Shown: positions 29,001 through 38,105 of the stretch, in pieces
Layout: the number at the start of each line of letters is the position of its first letter
Numbering within the stretch: the stretch's first letter is position 1
From: a virus
Taxonomy: Duplodnaviria > Caudoviricetes
Virus record (IMG/VR): IMGVR_UViG_3300027762_000011
Coordinates: 1 to 60,420 of that record
Length of the DNA stretch: 60,420 nt
Strand: one strand, 5' to 3'
Position numbers and translations under genes: made by a program
The notes under the pieces: model-generated
The model's database searches: none
Told to the model about the DNA's origin: nothing
What the model saw: the letters and a program-made list of their open reading frames with translations, nothing else

Positions 29001-32000
29001 GCATTCCAAGAACTATCAACAATTTCAGTTCTATTTTGCTGGATCAATCTATAAGAATCTTTAAATCTTGAGAATCTTGTAGTTTGAACATCATTCGGGA
29101 AGTAAAAATCCGAATGTCCAATCGCAATTGCTGCAAGAGATTTGTCAATAATTTCAATTCTATTCTTTTGAATTAAATTAGCAGCATCTATATAACGATT
29201 ATCTGCGGTTGCAATTACCTTAAATTCATATCCAAGATTTCCTGATGGATAATATGCTGTAGATGGACCACCACCACTATTACATTCCCAAACAAGATTT
29301 TCTATTTTAACTTTTTTACCTGGCTCAATATATAAATGTGCTCCAGTAGTTGTTCCCAACCCAACGGCGGTAATGGTTGTAATTCCACTTATACGATCAT
29401 AAGATGCAGTTGAAATTCCAAACACGGGTGTATAAAGTTTGGATATATTACCACCATATTGGTAAGAATGATCTAAAGTAGATTTTCCCACATTAACAAC
29501 AAATGTTTTAGAATCAAGAACATCCTGAACTGTAAATTCATATCCAAGATTCCCCGAAGGATATGATGCCGTTGAAGGACCACCTCCACTATCACATTCA
29601 AATATAAGATTTTCTATTTTTACTCTATCTCCGGATATAATCTTTAACGATGTTGAAGTTTCTATTGTTGAAATTCCAGTCAATCTGTCATAAGAGGCAG
29701 TTACGACACCAACGGGGAAACCAGCAGATCCTGAATCGCATGAATAAGTTAATCCCTGAACTTTAACAGGATCATTTCTAGTTAAACCATGATTAACTGC
29801 AGTAACTGTAGTAATTCCTGTTATACCATCATAAATCGCATTTGTTACTACAGTTCCTAGACCAACTGGATATCCACCCCATGAACAATTATTAATAACT
29901 GCTCTTGCAACATTAAATGAATAATCTAGAGTTGATATAGTTTGATTAACTTCTCCTGGATTTTTTAGAATTCCAGTTTTTAAATTCCAATTATCATCAT
30001 AGTATGCCTTACCTGCATCAACACATCTAGAATTTCCACCTCTTGTAATATCATGAATAATACATTTCCAAATATCCTTAATATCATCCGCACAGTCATT
30101 ACTTTCTAATGTCACTCCAAATCTAATTTGTGGGGCATTTGATGTTGTTCCAGCACCAATCATATTAGTAACAATTCCAACTAATTGTCGAACTGTAGTT
30201 CCAACACCAACACACCCACCTTCAACAGCAATAACTGATAGGTTTTTAATTTGCGTTACACTATTTCCAACTCCTTGATAAGAAATGGGAGGAGTTAAAT
30301 TGTTAATCACATGAGTTGCAATTCCTGCAGCATAATCTAATGCAGCAACAGTTGCTTGAGAAACACCAACACCAGTAATATGGATTAATCCACCAGAAGT
30401 ATTAAAATATGAATAACCCGCACCAATTGATTTGCGATTACTGTTTGCTTTTAGGTCATAAGATACTGCCTGCATAATGCTGACAACGTCTTCTTTGCAA
30501 TTAATATAACTGCTTATTCCAAGTGTGAAATTATATCCGGATGGCGATGTTAGAAAACCAACTGCCTCGGCGGCAATATAATCTAAATTAGAATCAATTA
30601 ATTTTGCAGCATCCTGCTCTCTGTGATTTCCCGCAAACCCACTAAAACCACTTGTAAGGAATCCAACAGATTCTTTTGCAATATAATCTAGATTAAAACG
30701 AATCATTCTAGCAGCATCAAAGAATCTATCCGTTGTTACTCCTAGTAAAGGTTGAAGAGCAATTATTGCAGCACCATTTGTAGAATTCTGTCCTATAAAA
30801 CTTACATCAGTTACATGGCATCCATTATTAACATAAAATAAGTCTCTGTCAGGGAATTTTGGAGTAACTACACAATTGCGAAGTTCCGTACCCTCAACAG
30901 ATACTGTTTTTGCCAAGATAATTGGATTTTCTTCAACATAAACTCCAGGAAATACTTTTATAGTGTCTCCAGTAAGTGCTACTGATGCGGCAGATTTAAT
31001 AGTTCTCTTGGGATAGTTTTCTGATAAACCTGTATTATTATCATCACCATTTTGAGATACGTAAATCGTTTTTCCAATAGGTCTATATGCGTCAATTTTT
31101 ACTACACCTTTTCCTGGATCTTGAGTTGCAGTTAAATCAATACCTATACCAGGAACAAGTTGTGTAACAATGCCTACAAGATTTACACCTCCACCATAAA
31201 ATTCAGTTGCTCTTGCTGTTCCTCTTACAGTTAAATTATCAGTTATTACATTTGTATTGATTCCGATAGATCCTGTTCCTGGAATATAAGAAAGTTTTTC
31301 TGAAGATGCAAAAACAGTTGATAGAGGAGTTATCGTTGGATCTTCAATAAAACTAACATATCTTGTAAGATTTGTTGTATTGTCATCAACTACATCAAAT
31401 ATTGCAGATCCTTGTAATCCTTGTAATCCTTGTAATCCCTGCAATCCTTGGGCACCTTGATTTCCTTGTGTACCCTGAGTGCCCTGATCACCTTGAGTAC
31501 CCTGAACGCCCTGATCACCTTGAGTTCCTTGAGTTCCTTGATTTCCCTGCGATCCTTGGGTTCCCTGTTCACCCTGAGTACCCTGATCACCTTGTGTACC
31601 TTGAGTTCCTTGCCTCCCTTGAGTTCCTTGAGTTCCTTGAGAACCTTGAGTACCTTGTCTACCTTGAGTACCCTGAGTTCCTTGAGTTCCTTGCCTCCCC
31701 TGAGTACCTTGAGTACCTTGAGTACCCTGAGTGCCTTGTCTTCCTTGGGTGCCTTGGGTGCCTTGAGTACTTTGATTTCCTTGTGTTCCCTGTTTTCCTT
31801 GGGTTCCTTGAGATCCCTGAGTACCTTGAGATCCCTGAGTACCTTGATCACCTTGAAGACCCTGAACACCTTGAGTACCCTGATCACCTTGAGTACCCTG
31901 CGCTCCTTGATCACCTTGAGTACCTTGAGTGCCCTGATCACCTTGAGTACCTTGAGTGCCCTGATCACCTTGAGTACCCTGAACGCCCTGATCACCTTGA

Positions 32001-34129
32001 GTACCTTGAGTACCCTGATCACCTTGAGTACCCTGAAGTCCTTGAGTTCCTTGTCTACCTTGTAAACCTTGGGTTCCTTGAGTTCCTTGAGTTCCTTGAG
32101 AACCTTGAGTTCCTTGCTTTCCCTGAGTTCCCTGAGATCCTTGTCTTCCCTGAGTTCCCTGAGTTCCTTGAGTTCCTTGAGAACCTTGAACACCTTGCTC
32201 CCCCTGAGTGCCCTGAGTTCCTTGAGCACCCTGATCACCCTGAGTACCCTGAGTACCTTGGTCACCTTGAGTTCCTTGGATTCCCTGAGTACCTTGGTCA
32301 CCTTGAAGACCCTGGGTTCCTTGTGTGCCCTGATCACCTTGTGTACCCTGATCACCTTGAGTACCTTGAGTGCCCTGATCACCTTGAGTACCTTGAGTAC
32401 CTTGTGTACCCTGAGTACCTTGAGAACCTTGAGAACCTTGAATTCCTTGATCACCCTGAAGACCCTGGGTTCCTTGTGTGCCCTGATCACCTTGTGTTCC
32501 CTGAACACCTTGGTCACCTTGAAGACCCTGAGTACCCTGATCACCCTGAGTACCCTGAGTACCCTGAGTACCTTGATAACCTTGGGTTCCTTGAGTGCCT
32601 TGGGTTCCTTGAGTACCCTGATCACCTTGAGTACCTTGAGTACCCTGATCACCTTGAGTACCTTGAGTACCCTGATCACCTTGAGTACCCTGGGTTCCTT
32701 GAGTTCCCTGATCACCTTGAGTTCCCTGAGTTCCCTGAGTACCTTGAAGACCTTGAGTTCCTTGAGTTCCCTGCCTACCTTGAGTACCTTGAGTACCTTG
32801 AGTACCCTGATCACCTTGAGTACCTTGAGTACCCTGATCACCTTGAGTACCTTGAGTACCCTGATCACCTTGGGTACCCTGATAACCTTGAGTACCTTGA
32901 GTACCTTGAGTACCTTGTGTGCCCTGATCACCTTGAGTACCTTGAGTGCCCTGATCACCTTGAGTACCTTGAGTGCCCTGATCACCTTGAGTACCTTGAG
33001 TGCCCTGATCACCTTGAGTACCTTGAGTTCCCTGATCTCCCTGAGTACCCTGATCACCTTGAAGACCTTGGGTACCTTGAATACCCTGATCACCTTGAGT
33101 ACCTTGAGTACCCTGATCACCTTGAGTACCTTGAGTACCCTGATCACCTTGAGTACCTTGAGTACCCTGATCACCTTGAGTTCCCTGAAGACCTTGAGTA
33201 CCTTGAATACCTTGATCACCCTGTAAACCTTGAGTGCCTTGTAAACCCTGAGTGCCTTGATATCCCTGAGTACCCTGAGTACCCTGAGTACCTTGATCAC
33301 CTTGAGTACCCTGAGTACCTTGAGTACCCTGAGTACCTTGATCACCCTGAGTACCTTGAGTACCCTGATCACCCTGAACTCCTTGAGTACCCTGATCACC
33401 CTGAGTACCCTGATCACCTTGAATACCCTGAAGTCCTTGAGTGCCTTGAATACCTTGATCACCCTGCAGTCCTTGAGTACCTTGATAACCTTGGGTTCCT
33501 TGAGTTCCCTGAGTACCTTGGTCTCCTTGAGTACCTTGAGTTCCTTGATAACCTTGTGTTCCTTGAGTACCTTGGGTTCCTTGGGTTCCTTGTGTACCTT
33601 GATCACCTTGGGTACCTTGATCACCTTGAGTACCCTGATCGCCCTGAAGACCTTGAGTTCCTTGGAAGTTACTTAATGCACCCTGATTACCTTGAAGACC
33701 TTGAGTACCCTGATCACCTTGAGTACCTTGAGTTCCTTGAAAGTTACTAAGAGATCCCTGAGTTCCCTGAAAGTTGCTTAATGCACCTTGTATTCCTTGA
33801 TCACCTTGAGTTCCCTGAAGACCTTGAGTACCTTGATTGCTAAGACCTTGAAGACCTTGAATACCTACAGAACCTTGAGCAGAGGCATATAAAAGATCAT
33901 TCCAGTATGTTTCTCCATCGCCAAATTTAAATCTACGAGTATCAGATTCAATTCCAATAACACCTTTTTTTAAAAGAGGATTTTCAAGAGTCCATTCTTC
34001 TGCAGTTTTTACAACCTGTCCAATTGAACTATCAGTTTTTATGTCACCATAAACTGTAATGCCAGCATAAAATGTGGCATGATCATTATAAAACTGCTGT
34101 AAACTTGAATAATTAGTATTCCCCGACAT
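26069..34129 (-). CDS. Giant virion fibre: Mtd_N-like motif, Gly-X-Gln repeat, interrupted beta-helix, nested beta-sandwich and helical repeat domains
   Basis: WTLENPLL..G.IGIESDT..FKFGDG; about 820 aa of QGX; TIYVSQNGDD...GDTIKVFPGVY; KCKRDIGY and KCRRDIGY repeats. Confidence 0.88.
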   Translation of the reverse strand: MSGNTNYSSLQQFYNDHATFYAGITVYGDIKTDSSIGQVVKTAEEWTLENPLLKKGVIGIESDTRRFKFGDGETYWNDLLYASAQGSVGIQGLQGLSNQGTQGLQGTQGDQGIQGALSNFQGTQGSLSNFQGTQGTQGDQGTQGLQGNQGALSNFQGTQGLQGDQGTQGDQGTQGDQGTQGTQGTQGTQGTQGYQGTQGTQGDQGTQGTQGTQGYQGTQGLQGDQGIQGTQGLQGIQGDQGTQGDQGTQGVQGDQGTQGTQGDQGTQGTQGTQGTQGDQGTQGTQGTQGYQGTQGLQGTQGLQGDQGIQGTQGLQGTQGDQGTQGTQGDQGTQGTQGDQGTQGTQGDQGIQGTQGLQGDQGTQGDQGTQGTQGDQGTQGTQGDQGTQGTQGDQGTQGTQGDQGTQGTQGTQGTQGYQGTQGDQGTQGTQGDQGTQGTQGDQGTQGTQGTQGRQGTQGTQGLQGTQGTQGTQGDQGTQGTQGTQGDQGTQGTQGDQGTQGTQGDQGTQGTQGTQGTQGYQGTQGTQGTQGDQGTQGLQGDQGVQGTQGDQGTQGTQGLQGDQGIQGSQGSQGTQGTQGTQGTQGDQGTQGTQGDQGTQGDQGTQGTQGLQGDQGTQGIQGTQGDQGTQGTQGDQGAQGTQGTQGEQGVQGSQGTQGTQGTQGRQGSQGTQGKQGTQGSQGTQGTQGTQGLQGRQGTQGLQGTQGDQGTQGTQGDQGVQGTQGDQGTQGTQGDQGTQGTQGDQGAQGTQGDQGTQGVQGLQGDQGTQGSQGTQGSQGTQGKQGTQGNQSTQGTQGTQGRQGTQGTQGTQGTQGRQGTQGTQGTQGRQGTQGSQGTQGTQGRQGTQGTQGDQGTQGEQGTQGSQGNQGTQGTQGDQGVQGTQGDQGTQGTQGNQGAQGLQGLQGLQGLQGSAIFDVVDDNTTNLTRYVSFIEDPTITPLSTVFASSEKLSYIPGTGSIGINTNVITDNLTVRGTARATEFYGGGVNLVGIVTQLVPGIGIDLTATQDPGKGVVKIDAYRPIGKTIYVSQNGDDNNTGLSENYPKRTIKSAASVALTGDTIKVFPGVYVEENPIILAKTVSVEGTELRNCVVTPKFPDRDLFYVNNGCHVTDVSFIGQNSTNGAAIIALQPLLGVTTDRFFDAARMIRFNLDYIAKESVGFLTSGFSGFAGNHREQDAAKLIDSNLDYIAAEAVGFLTSPSGYNFTLGISSYINCKEDVVSIMQAVSYDLKANSNRKSIGAGYSYFNTSGGLIHITGVGVSQATVAALDYAAGIATHVINNLTPPISYQGVGNSVTQIKNLSVIAVEGGCVGVGTTVRQLVGIVTNMIGAGTTSNAPQIRFGVTLESNDCADDIKDIWKCIIHDITRGGNSRCVDAGKAYYDDNWNLKTGILKNPGEVNQTISTLDYSFNVARAVINNCSWGGYPVGLGTVVTNAIYDGITGITTVTAVNHGLTRNDPVKVQGLTYSCDSGSAGFPVGVVTASYDRLTGISTIETSTSLKIISGDRVKIENLIFECDSGGGPSTASYPSGNLGYEFTVQDVLDSKTFVVNVGKSTLDHSYQYGGNISKLYTPVFGISTASYDRISGITTITAVGLGTTTGAHLYIEPGKKVKIENLVWECNSGGGPSTAYYPSGNLGYEFKVIATADNRYIDAANLIQKNRIEIIDKSLAAIAIGHSDFYFPNDVQTTRFSRFKDSYRLIQQNRTEIVDSSWNATVVAYPGISTTQTKCKRDIGYFIDAVSIDIFTGGNSYSIEFVKQYFNNGAPISNGLVGEETESVYAFNQARNLMKQAITNQLTVKDLTITADPATGINTSPSSCANVQNTLDTLTSIITSVVSAGSLSSLNTIRINSGIFVTGENKCRRDIGYIVDALIKDIKYGTNKYIREAIRAYFNKNGDPISNGLVGEEAESITAFNAVRDYAKKAITNQLNVKDLSIIADPVTGFNTDPSSCADVQSNIDNLIAILTSVVSDGNLNSYPALYTSNKVVLNVGSSTLDHDYVTGGSLTANYTTTTYPDGTFNYIFPVKSVVGPNTFEFVAGKTVLPHTYVSGGTIQKYTNFQNSVTQVKDLSIQIDPETGYNNVINSCVDVTSAMKSCVGVVTSVVGFGSTSFSYVGFNTTYPGNRGKGFETLTGITSAVYEETSGKTTLIAPGLQVKVGDRIEIRDLVFSCSSGGPTTQQKFPSGYYGYEFYVSKINPDDSFDVYTGVSTIPHTYVSGGYVIDRTINVTEAKYDNSTGITTIVSPGSSVRKGDFVTLRNLEFACLSGAGTTTLFPSGNRGYDFEVLSVSDSGDTFVVNVGKSTIPHYYITGGVVLPPYSRGVGPITQGPYIRNATNFIGDSIGMKVDGFNAEPGDQDDIGVTGTMSVDSYTQYNQGGIGVSITNGAYSQLVSIFTICDDIGIFTKSGGQCDITNSNASFGNYGLVSDGVGDNTSKSIYRYTGEVVTDAEIETSIITVSGVGDYRPYDGQAIYFDRLYYFVDTIKILDGGSGYSQSNPPVITFDFPSGPNGIRAEGSPNIENGKIVSIDVISSGTQYEDPPNIQITGGGGSGASAAPVMYPIYYGIESASLPENGISTIILTQNLNNNIGTGTTVYFSRISLQIATSISLEWVGAGTNIFTAKPALGGVSIQANEVDKRNGGQVVYTSTNQAGNFQIGDDVVINQLTGTITGRAFSQSLLNTVTPLIIALGK
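31405..33880 (-). repeat. Degenerate 9-bp Gly-X-Gln coding repeat (QGD/QGT-rich)
   Basis: Direct inspection. Confidence 0.95.
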
Positions 34130-34130
34130 T

Positions 34131-34679
34131 TTAGAAAATACCCGTAAATGTATTGGTTAAAACATCAGTACCAACATAGGTACCTTCAAAACAAATTCCA
34201 CCAAAAGTCATTGGTAATGGTGGTAGATTTCCAAGAAGAGCGTCAACAGAGGCTTCGGTTGCTTTTAATAAAATTCTACCTGCACTTGCCTTTATATTAA
34301 TATCTTTACCTGCACTTAGTTCTAAATTTTCATCTGCATCTAATATTATATTTTTTCCTCTTATTCTAACTTCTCCATTTTTTTCAGCAGTTATCCAAAC
34401 ATCTCCATTTTTTCCGGTTATAACTATATCAACACCAGTAGATTTGTTCTTTTGTCCAGCAATGATTTCAAGAGATCCGTCAGAATAAATTTTAGATAAA
34501 CCGCCAGCACTTAATCCACTTAAACATATTTCATTTTTATCAGTTACACCATAAAAATTATAAACATCAACTCCATCAAAACCCATTTGTGGGTTACAAA
34601 TATCATATCTAAAATTAGGCCCAAAGGTGCTTATACTTCTTTTTTGCCAATTTTGTTTTTTGAAAGATCTTTGAGCCAT
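34131..34679 (-). CDS. gp5 C-terminal-like beta-strand spike protein
   Basis: IIAG...VDIVITGKNGDVWITA...I.L.A repeats; directly follows gp5. Confidence 0.6.
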   Translation of the reverse strand: MAQRSFKKQNWQKRSISTFGPNFRYDICNPQMGFDGVDVYNFYGVTDKNEICLSGLSAGGLSKIYSDGSLEIIAGQKNKSTGVDIVITGKNGDVWITAEKNGEVRIRGKNIILDADENLELSAGKDINIKASAGRILLKATEASVDALLGNLPPLPMTFGGICFEGTYVGTDVLTNTFTGIF

Positions 34680-34680
34680 A

Positions 34681-36780
34681 TTAATTAATACAATCTATCT
34701 GCGTAACAGGATTTATTATAAATTTACCTGTCTCATCAACTTGACTTGGGACAACCTCTAACTTTGGACTCAGAACAGCACCAAATCCAGTTTCACTAAT
34801 TATAGTTATTTCTGGAATATCATCAACTGTAATAATTTTTTGAACATTTCTACTTGTTCCTATTCCAGTTTCAGGAGGTTGAATCGGAGTAACATTAGTT
34901 ATTGGATCAACTACTGTTATAATATTTATTGGAGTAACTTTAGTAATCTCACCACCAATAACTTCCAATTTATACTCATTTTCGTATTGATCAATCGCGT
35001 AATCACCAGGAGAATAATCTTCTCCAGGATCAATGATGTCTACATCATCGACATAATATGGTTCTGTTTCTCCTATTGGATAATTCTCTCCTTCTGAAAC
35101 CATATAAATTGATTCAAGTTCACCATCATCATTGATGATTGCTCTGGCAACAGCACCATATCCTTGATCACAATCATCTGATATTTCTATAAAAGGAGGA
35201 AAATCATATTTTTTTCCCTTCTTGGTTACTTTAACACCTATAACACTTCCAGTTTTATTTTTTCCTTTTCCAACTATGTCTCCCATGATTGGAACTGCCT
35301 CTGCACCTTTACCCCTACTACCAAATATTTTAACTTTTGGTGGACTGCAAGAAAGTGGTTCTCCAGTATAGCATTTAAATGAAGGTGATTTAGCAGAAGA
35401 AGAAAAGTTATCAAATGCAGATGCTATTTCCTTTGCCACAGTTTCTGCATCTTTTTTCTTATTACCGAATGCTGCGATTAAATCATCAGCGTTTACACTT
35501 TTCATGATTTCTTTAAAATTTGGTCCAGGAGCATCTTTAGATCCTCTACCAATTAACCATTCATTTGCCTTAACTGAAAAATCTCTAACAAGGGGACTAT
35601 TATTAATTTTACTAACATTCGCAACAATTCCAGAAATTGATTCAACACTATTACGAAGAAAAGTCGCTGGATCAAATCCACCAACTAAAGATAAAACTTT
35701 TTGAGCACCATCAAGAACTCCACTCAAACCAGAATCAATTTTTTTAATAATATGATTTATTAAAGATCCGCTAAATTGATTGACTGCACAACCCCTAAAT
35801 TTTTTTGAATTTTTAGCAGTAGATTTTAATAAACTTGAAATTACAGATCCTAAAGAGTTAATTATATTATTTGCTAAAGATGGTAAAAGTTGTTGAATAT
35901 TATTAATAGGTCCAACCATGGCATTTTGTGCAGCAACTCCAGCCAAGTGTGCAACATTATGCTGTTTTGTTACAGCAAAAACTAAAGAATATACGAGTTG
36001 ATATAATGCTTTTAAACCTGCATTAATTACTGGTGCTAAGGCGTAATAAATTTTGGAAATCATACTTCCAACAAGACCAGTTGTAACAGATTGAATTTTA
36101 TCAGTTACAATATTGACTAATGAAGATAATTTAGATAATCCATTACTAACTGCATTTAAAAAATTAGTTACTTCAGCACCAATCTTATCAATTGTTTTTG
36201 AAGTATTTTCTGTTGGTCCAACTATAATATCTCCAATTCCAGTAAAATATGTTCTCTCATCCTTTCCTAAACTTTTTGCTAATGGTTTAGGGACATGCCT
36301 AGGAGATTTTTGGGAATTTGCATTTTGTTCGTTAGTTTGATCTTTTACTACATTTTTTCCATCATTCTTAATTTTATTTGTATAACCAGTAAAAGGAACA
36401 AATGGATTCTTATAATCTTTTACTGAAACCTTAGAAGTTCTCCCAAATGCACCCATAATTACGGGAAGTTGTGCATTATCACCATCTAAGAAAAATCCAA
36501 ATACAGTGTCACCAGGAGAAAGTTTTACATCAACTGCATAATTTCCTGCTCCAGTTCCAGAAGTTGGAGGTAAAAGAACCTGTGCCCAAGGTAAATCTTT
36601 ATCTGGAAGATCAACAAGACTTGGTGGGTGATATCCCATTATACGAACTTTATACCTATTTCCCCAACCACCACCATTGATTTGGGTACTATGAGATTTT
36701 TCTGGAGAAATTTGCCCTATCCACCAACGAAAACCATCTCTCCCAACAAAATTACTTTTTATTAGAGATTCGTCTTGCAT
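34681..36780 (-). CDS. gp5: Baseplate hub gp5 (OB-fold), no T4 lysozyme domain evident
   Basis: FVGRDGFRWWIGQ...RYKVRIMGYH...LPWAQVLLP...GDTVFGFFLDGDNAQLPVIMG. Confidence 0.88.
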   Translation of the reverse strand: MQDESLIKSNFVGRDGFRWWIGQISPEKSHSTQINGGGWGNRYKVRIMGYHPPSLVDLPDKDLPWAQVLLPPTSGTGAGNYAVDVKLSPGDTVFGFFLDGDNAQLPVIMGAFGRTSKVSVKDYKNPFVPFTGYTNKIKNDGKNVVKDQTNEQNANSQKSPRHVPKPLAKSLGKDERTYFTGIGDIIVGPTENTSKTIDKIGAEVTNFLNAVSNGLSKLSSLVNIVTDKIQSVTTGLVGSMISKIYYALAPVINAGLKALYQLVYSLVFAVTKQHNVAHLAGVAAQNAMVGPINNIQQLLPSLANNIINSLGSVISSLLKSTAKNSKKFRGCAVNQFSGSLINHIIKKIDSGLSGVLDGAQKVLSLVGGFDPATFLRNSVESISGIVANVSKINNSPLVRDFSVKANEWLIGRGSKDAPGPNFKEIMKSVNADDLIAAFGNKKKDAETVAKEIASAFDNFSSSAKSPSFKCYTGEPLSCSPPKVKIFGSRGKGAEAVPIMGDIVGKGKNKTGSVIGVKVTKKGKKYDFPPFIEISDDCDQGYGAVARAIINDDGELESIYMVSEGENYPIGETEPYYVDDVDIIDPGEDYSPGDYAIDQYENEYKLEVIGGEITKVTPINIITVVDPITNVTPIQPPETGIGTSRNVQKIITVDDIPEITIISETGFGAVLSPKLEVVPSQVDETGKFIINPVTQIDCIN

Positions 36781-36785
36781 AGTTT

Positions 36786-38105
36786 TTACTCTTTATTATT
36801 TGTTCCGTGTCTTCCAAAAGTATCTCTAACCAATTGCATAGAAGTATATGATCCCTCAGTATCAAAATGATGACAAAGTTCTTTTATCATATATAGTCCA
36901 CTTTGATCATCGTCAAATTCCTTATCGTTTGATGATATTTTAGGAAATTCGCACGTAATAATATCACCTGCACGTAAATTAGTATTTGATGGTATTGTTA
37001 TGCTTAAAGTTTGAGTAAATAAAATATTGTATCTCATAATTGATTGAGATTGATATTTCAAAGGATCTGAATTCATATCAGTTGAAACATCTTTTTCAAT
37101 AGTTCCAATATCAAGAACTTGTGTTATAATCCTTGTTGGAATATCTCCCAAATCAACATTTGAAGAATTTGATATTTTTGGAATCTTCAGATCGTCTCCT
37201 AAATTTTTTACTTTACTTGAATAATCACTTAATTTAAAAACTCCTTTATCAGGTCTAGTAAATTCAAATGTAAGTGGATTGTAAAAAATTCTCATACTAG
37301 AATACGTTCCCAATCTTAATTTTTCTAGAAGATTTTGATTTCTAATTGTTTTATATTTTAAAATATTAAAATCATTATCTCGGTCAATACTAGATTTATT
37401 GACCTCAGTAAAAGTATATGTTGCCTTAGATTTTTCCATAATCAATTTATCAATAGATCTAAATTGAAATCCATCTTTTGATTGAAAAAATACAAATCCA
37501 GCAGTAGAATCTCCAGAAAGATCGGGAACTGCCTTTGATGCTAACCAGACTAAAACAGTAAAAGGTTTTCTAAGATTACCAATAAAACCATATTTGTTTG
37601 AAGTTTTATCAATTTTTCCAATCTTGTCAGTTTTTAAATAATCTTTTAAAATTGACCTAACGGAATTTTCTATAGATGAATTAGTTGAATATTTTTTAGG
37701 AATCCTCGTTGATTCATTAGTTATTGCTTCTTTTGAAACTAAATTAAGAACAAAACTTTCTCTTTGAGTTTCACTAACTAAATTAGAAATACTGGAAACG
37801 TATAACGAATCCTTACTATTTGTTGCGAAATCAAGTCCGGGATTTGTTGAAGAATTTCCTGCAATTTTTATGGCAACCTTTTCACCACCTCTTAAAGGCA
37901 ATCCATTGTAGATTGATTGCAGTTTTCCGTTATCTCCAGGAACACTATTCCCAGTGTTTACAACAATAACTTTAGCAGTAATTGTTGGGGAAAAAATATC
38001 TTCATAATAATCAAATGAAACTACACCTTGTTTAATATCAACTGTTTTAGATTGATCATTTGATTCTATAAAAAATTGTTCATATATAGATTTTTTTACT
38101 GACAT
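36786..38105 (-). CDS. Baseplate hub protein (gp27-like)
   Basis: YYEDIFSPTITA; FFQSKDGFQFRSID; LRAGDII...SGLYMIKELCHHF...LVRDTFG; position upstream of gp5. Confidence 0.7.
   Translation of the reverse strand: MSVKKSIYEQFFIESNDQSKTVDIKQGVVSFDYYEDIFSPTITAKVIVVNTGNSVPGDNGKLQSIYNGLPLRGGEKVAIKIAGNSSTNPGLDFATNSKDSLYVSSISNLVSETQRESFVLNLVSKEAITNESTRIPKKYSTNSSIENSVRSILKDYLKTDKIGKIDKTSNKYGFIGNLRKPFTVLVWLASKAVPDLSGDSTAGFVFFQSKDGFQFRSIDKLIMEKSKATYTFTEVNKSSIDRDNDFNILKYKTIRNQNLLEKLRLGTYSSMRIFYNPLTFEFTRPDKGVFKLSDYSSKVKNLGDDLKIPKISNSSNVDLGDIPTRIITQVLDIGTIEKDVSTDMNSDPLKYQSQSIMRYNILFTQTLSITIPSNTNLRAGDIITCEFPKISSNDKEFDDDQSGLYMIKELCHHFDTEGSYTSMQLVRDTFGRHGTNNKE

Noticed and set aside
31372-33750. 792-aa and 744-aa overlapping ORFs
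   Set aside because: Same repeat-shadow artefact.
21405-33880. CRISPR-like array
   Set aside because: Repeats are contiguous and coding with no unique spacers; no cas operon.
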